A DNA stretch of 64,000 nucleotides from Octopus sinensis (Eukaryota). The stretch's first letter is position 1. Each line of letters opens with the position of its first letter. Both the position numbers and the translations under genes were made by a program. The notes beneath the pieces were generated by a model, which ran no database searches, was not told the DNA's origin, and saw nothing but the letters and a program-made list of their open reading frames with translations. Below are positions 62,850-64,000 of this stretch, piece by piece. The stretch covers positions 122,636,001-122,700,000 of the forward strand of contig NC_042997.1 of the NCBI RefSeq assembly GCF_006345805.1, given 5' to 3'.

Positions 62850-63575
62850 GCGTACGTTTACTTGGTAAAATGTGAGTATTCTGAAGCTTAACAAATTCGA
62901 TGATGAAATCGTCAACCGTCTTGCAAAGGCAACCAACACATTTGGCCAACTCCGTCATTGCCCATTGAATGAAAGTGGCATCAAATTTGACACCAAAGTA
63001 CAGGTCTATAAAGCTGCCATACATACTACTCTCTTGTATGGCTAAAGATCGTGGATACCCTATAGACGACACATTAACCAACTAGACATCTTCCACAAAA
63101 ACTGCCTGAGGGCAATCTGTGGTTATGCACTAAAAGAGAAAATTTCTAATGCAGGCTTGTTTAGCAAATGTAAAATTAGTGGAATTGAAGGTTTCCTTAT
63201 ACAATCATAATTGCACCGGACTGGCCATGTCGTCAACACTACTCATATACAGCCAGCTTGTGTTTGGAGAATGGAATGTTGGGCGAACATGGCTCAGATA
63301 TAAGGACAGGCTGGACAGTAACCTCTTAGTGATGAAGATAGCTCACAGCACCTTTGAGCGAACAGCCTTGGTACGAACAAAATGGAGATCATTGTGTCAA
63401 AATGGTATTAAAAATGTTGTTGCAACCAGCATTAACAGGCTTCGAGGTGCAAGGCGAAGAATAAAAGCGGCTGCAAGTATACCACAAACACTGACCTCAA
63501 ACTTGCAACATTTGTAGCTATCTTTGTACATCTTTGGCGAGTTTCAAATGTCACATTCGACATAAGCATTATGAA
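62850..63575 (+). mobile_element. 3' fragment of RTE (BovB-like) LINE ORF
   Basis: FTYLG..DDEIVNRLAKATNTFGQLR..TKVQVYKAAIHTTLLYG..FHKNCLRAI..TGHV..RYKD..RTKWRSL. Confidence 0.88.
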
Positions 63576-64000
63576 TGACAACGTAAGAGTATTCTGTTGT
63601 GTCTGGGGAGAGTCATTTTCTTTTTGTGCCTTATAATTTAACACACTCACCGGTAAAATGAGTGTGTTAAAACGAAAATGACTCTCCCCAGACACAACAG
63701 AATATGCTTCAACACACGAATTCATATAAAGAATCTTGCAAACCAAATCCAAAAACGAAACGTAAGAGTAGCATTACTAAAATTTCTGTACAACAGCAAA
63801 GTAATAATATAGATGATATATTGGTTTCAAATTTTAGCACAATGCCAGCAGCAAAATCGGTGAAGGTGGTAAGTCGATTTCATCAAGTTCTCCTGAGTTC
63901 CTGCCCCACACATTTTAGGGATCTTAGAGTATCTCCATTGGCCTCTGCCACTAGCCACTTTTCACCTCAGCCGTCCTAAATCTATGCCCTCGAGCGACGT

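Overview
Eukaryotic, AT-rich, microsatellite-dense genomic DNA with one 100-N gap (25720-25819). The SINE repertoire and (TA)n/(CA)n/(GA)n load suggest an octopus/cephalopod intron or intergenic region (inference from family recognition). No host gene is confidently identified; there is one weak candidate exon at ~37.4 kb. Most of the window is transposon relics: four CR1-type LINE copies, an L1/Tx1-like LINE, an RTE 3' fragment, two Penelope-like elements (PLEs; RT/GIY-YIG), mariner DD34D, Tc1, two other Tc1/mariner fragments, a Merlin/ISXO2-like transposase remnant, GGATC-TIR MITEs with 8-bp TSDs, Helitron-like non-autonomous elements and many tRNA-derived SINEs. The most interesting signal, found by reading the sequence, is a set of type I hammerhead-ribozyme motifs in at least five unrelated short repeat families, nearly all abutting (TA)n. 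These include two complete hammerheads 490 nt apart in a tandem unit (retrozyme-like), a second 543-nt tandem family, minimal hammerheads with palindromic stem III and recurrent non-canonical cores, and PLE ends with inverted pieces, one of which starts 4 nt from the predicted cleavage site. All alignments and folds were done by eye. No searches or energy calculations were run, and element boundaries without TIR/TSD are approximate.
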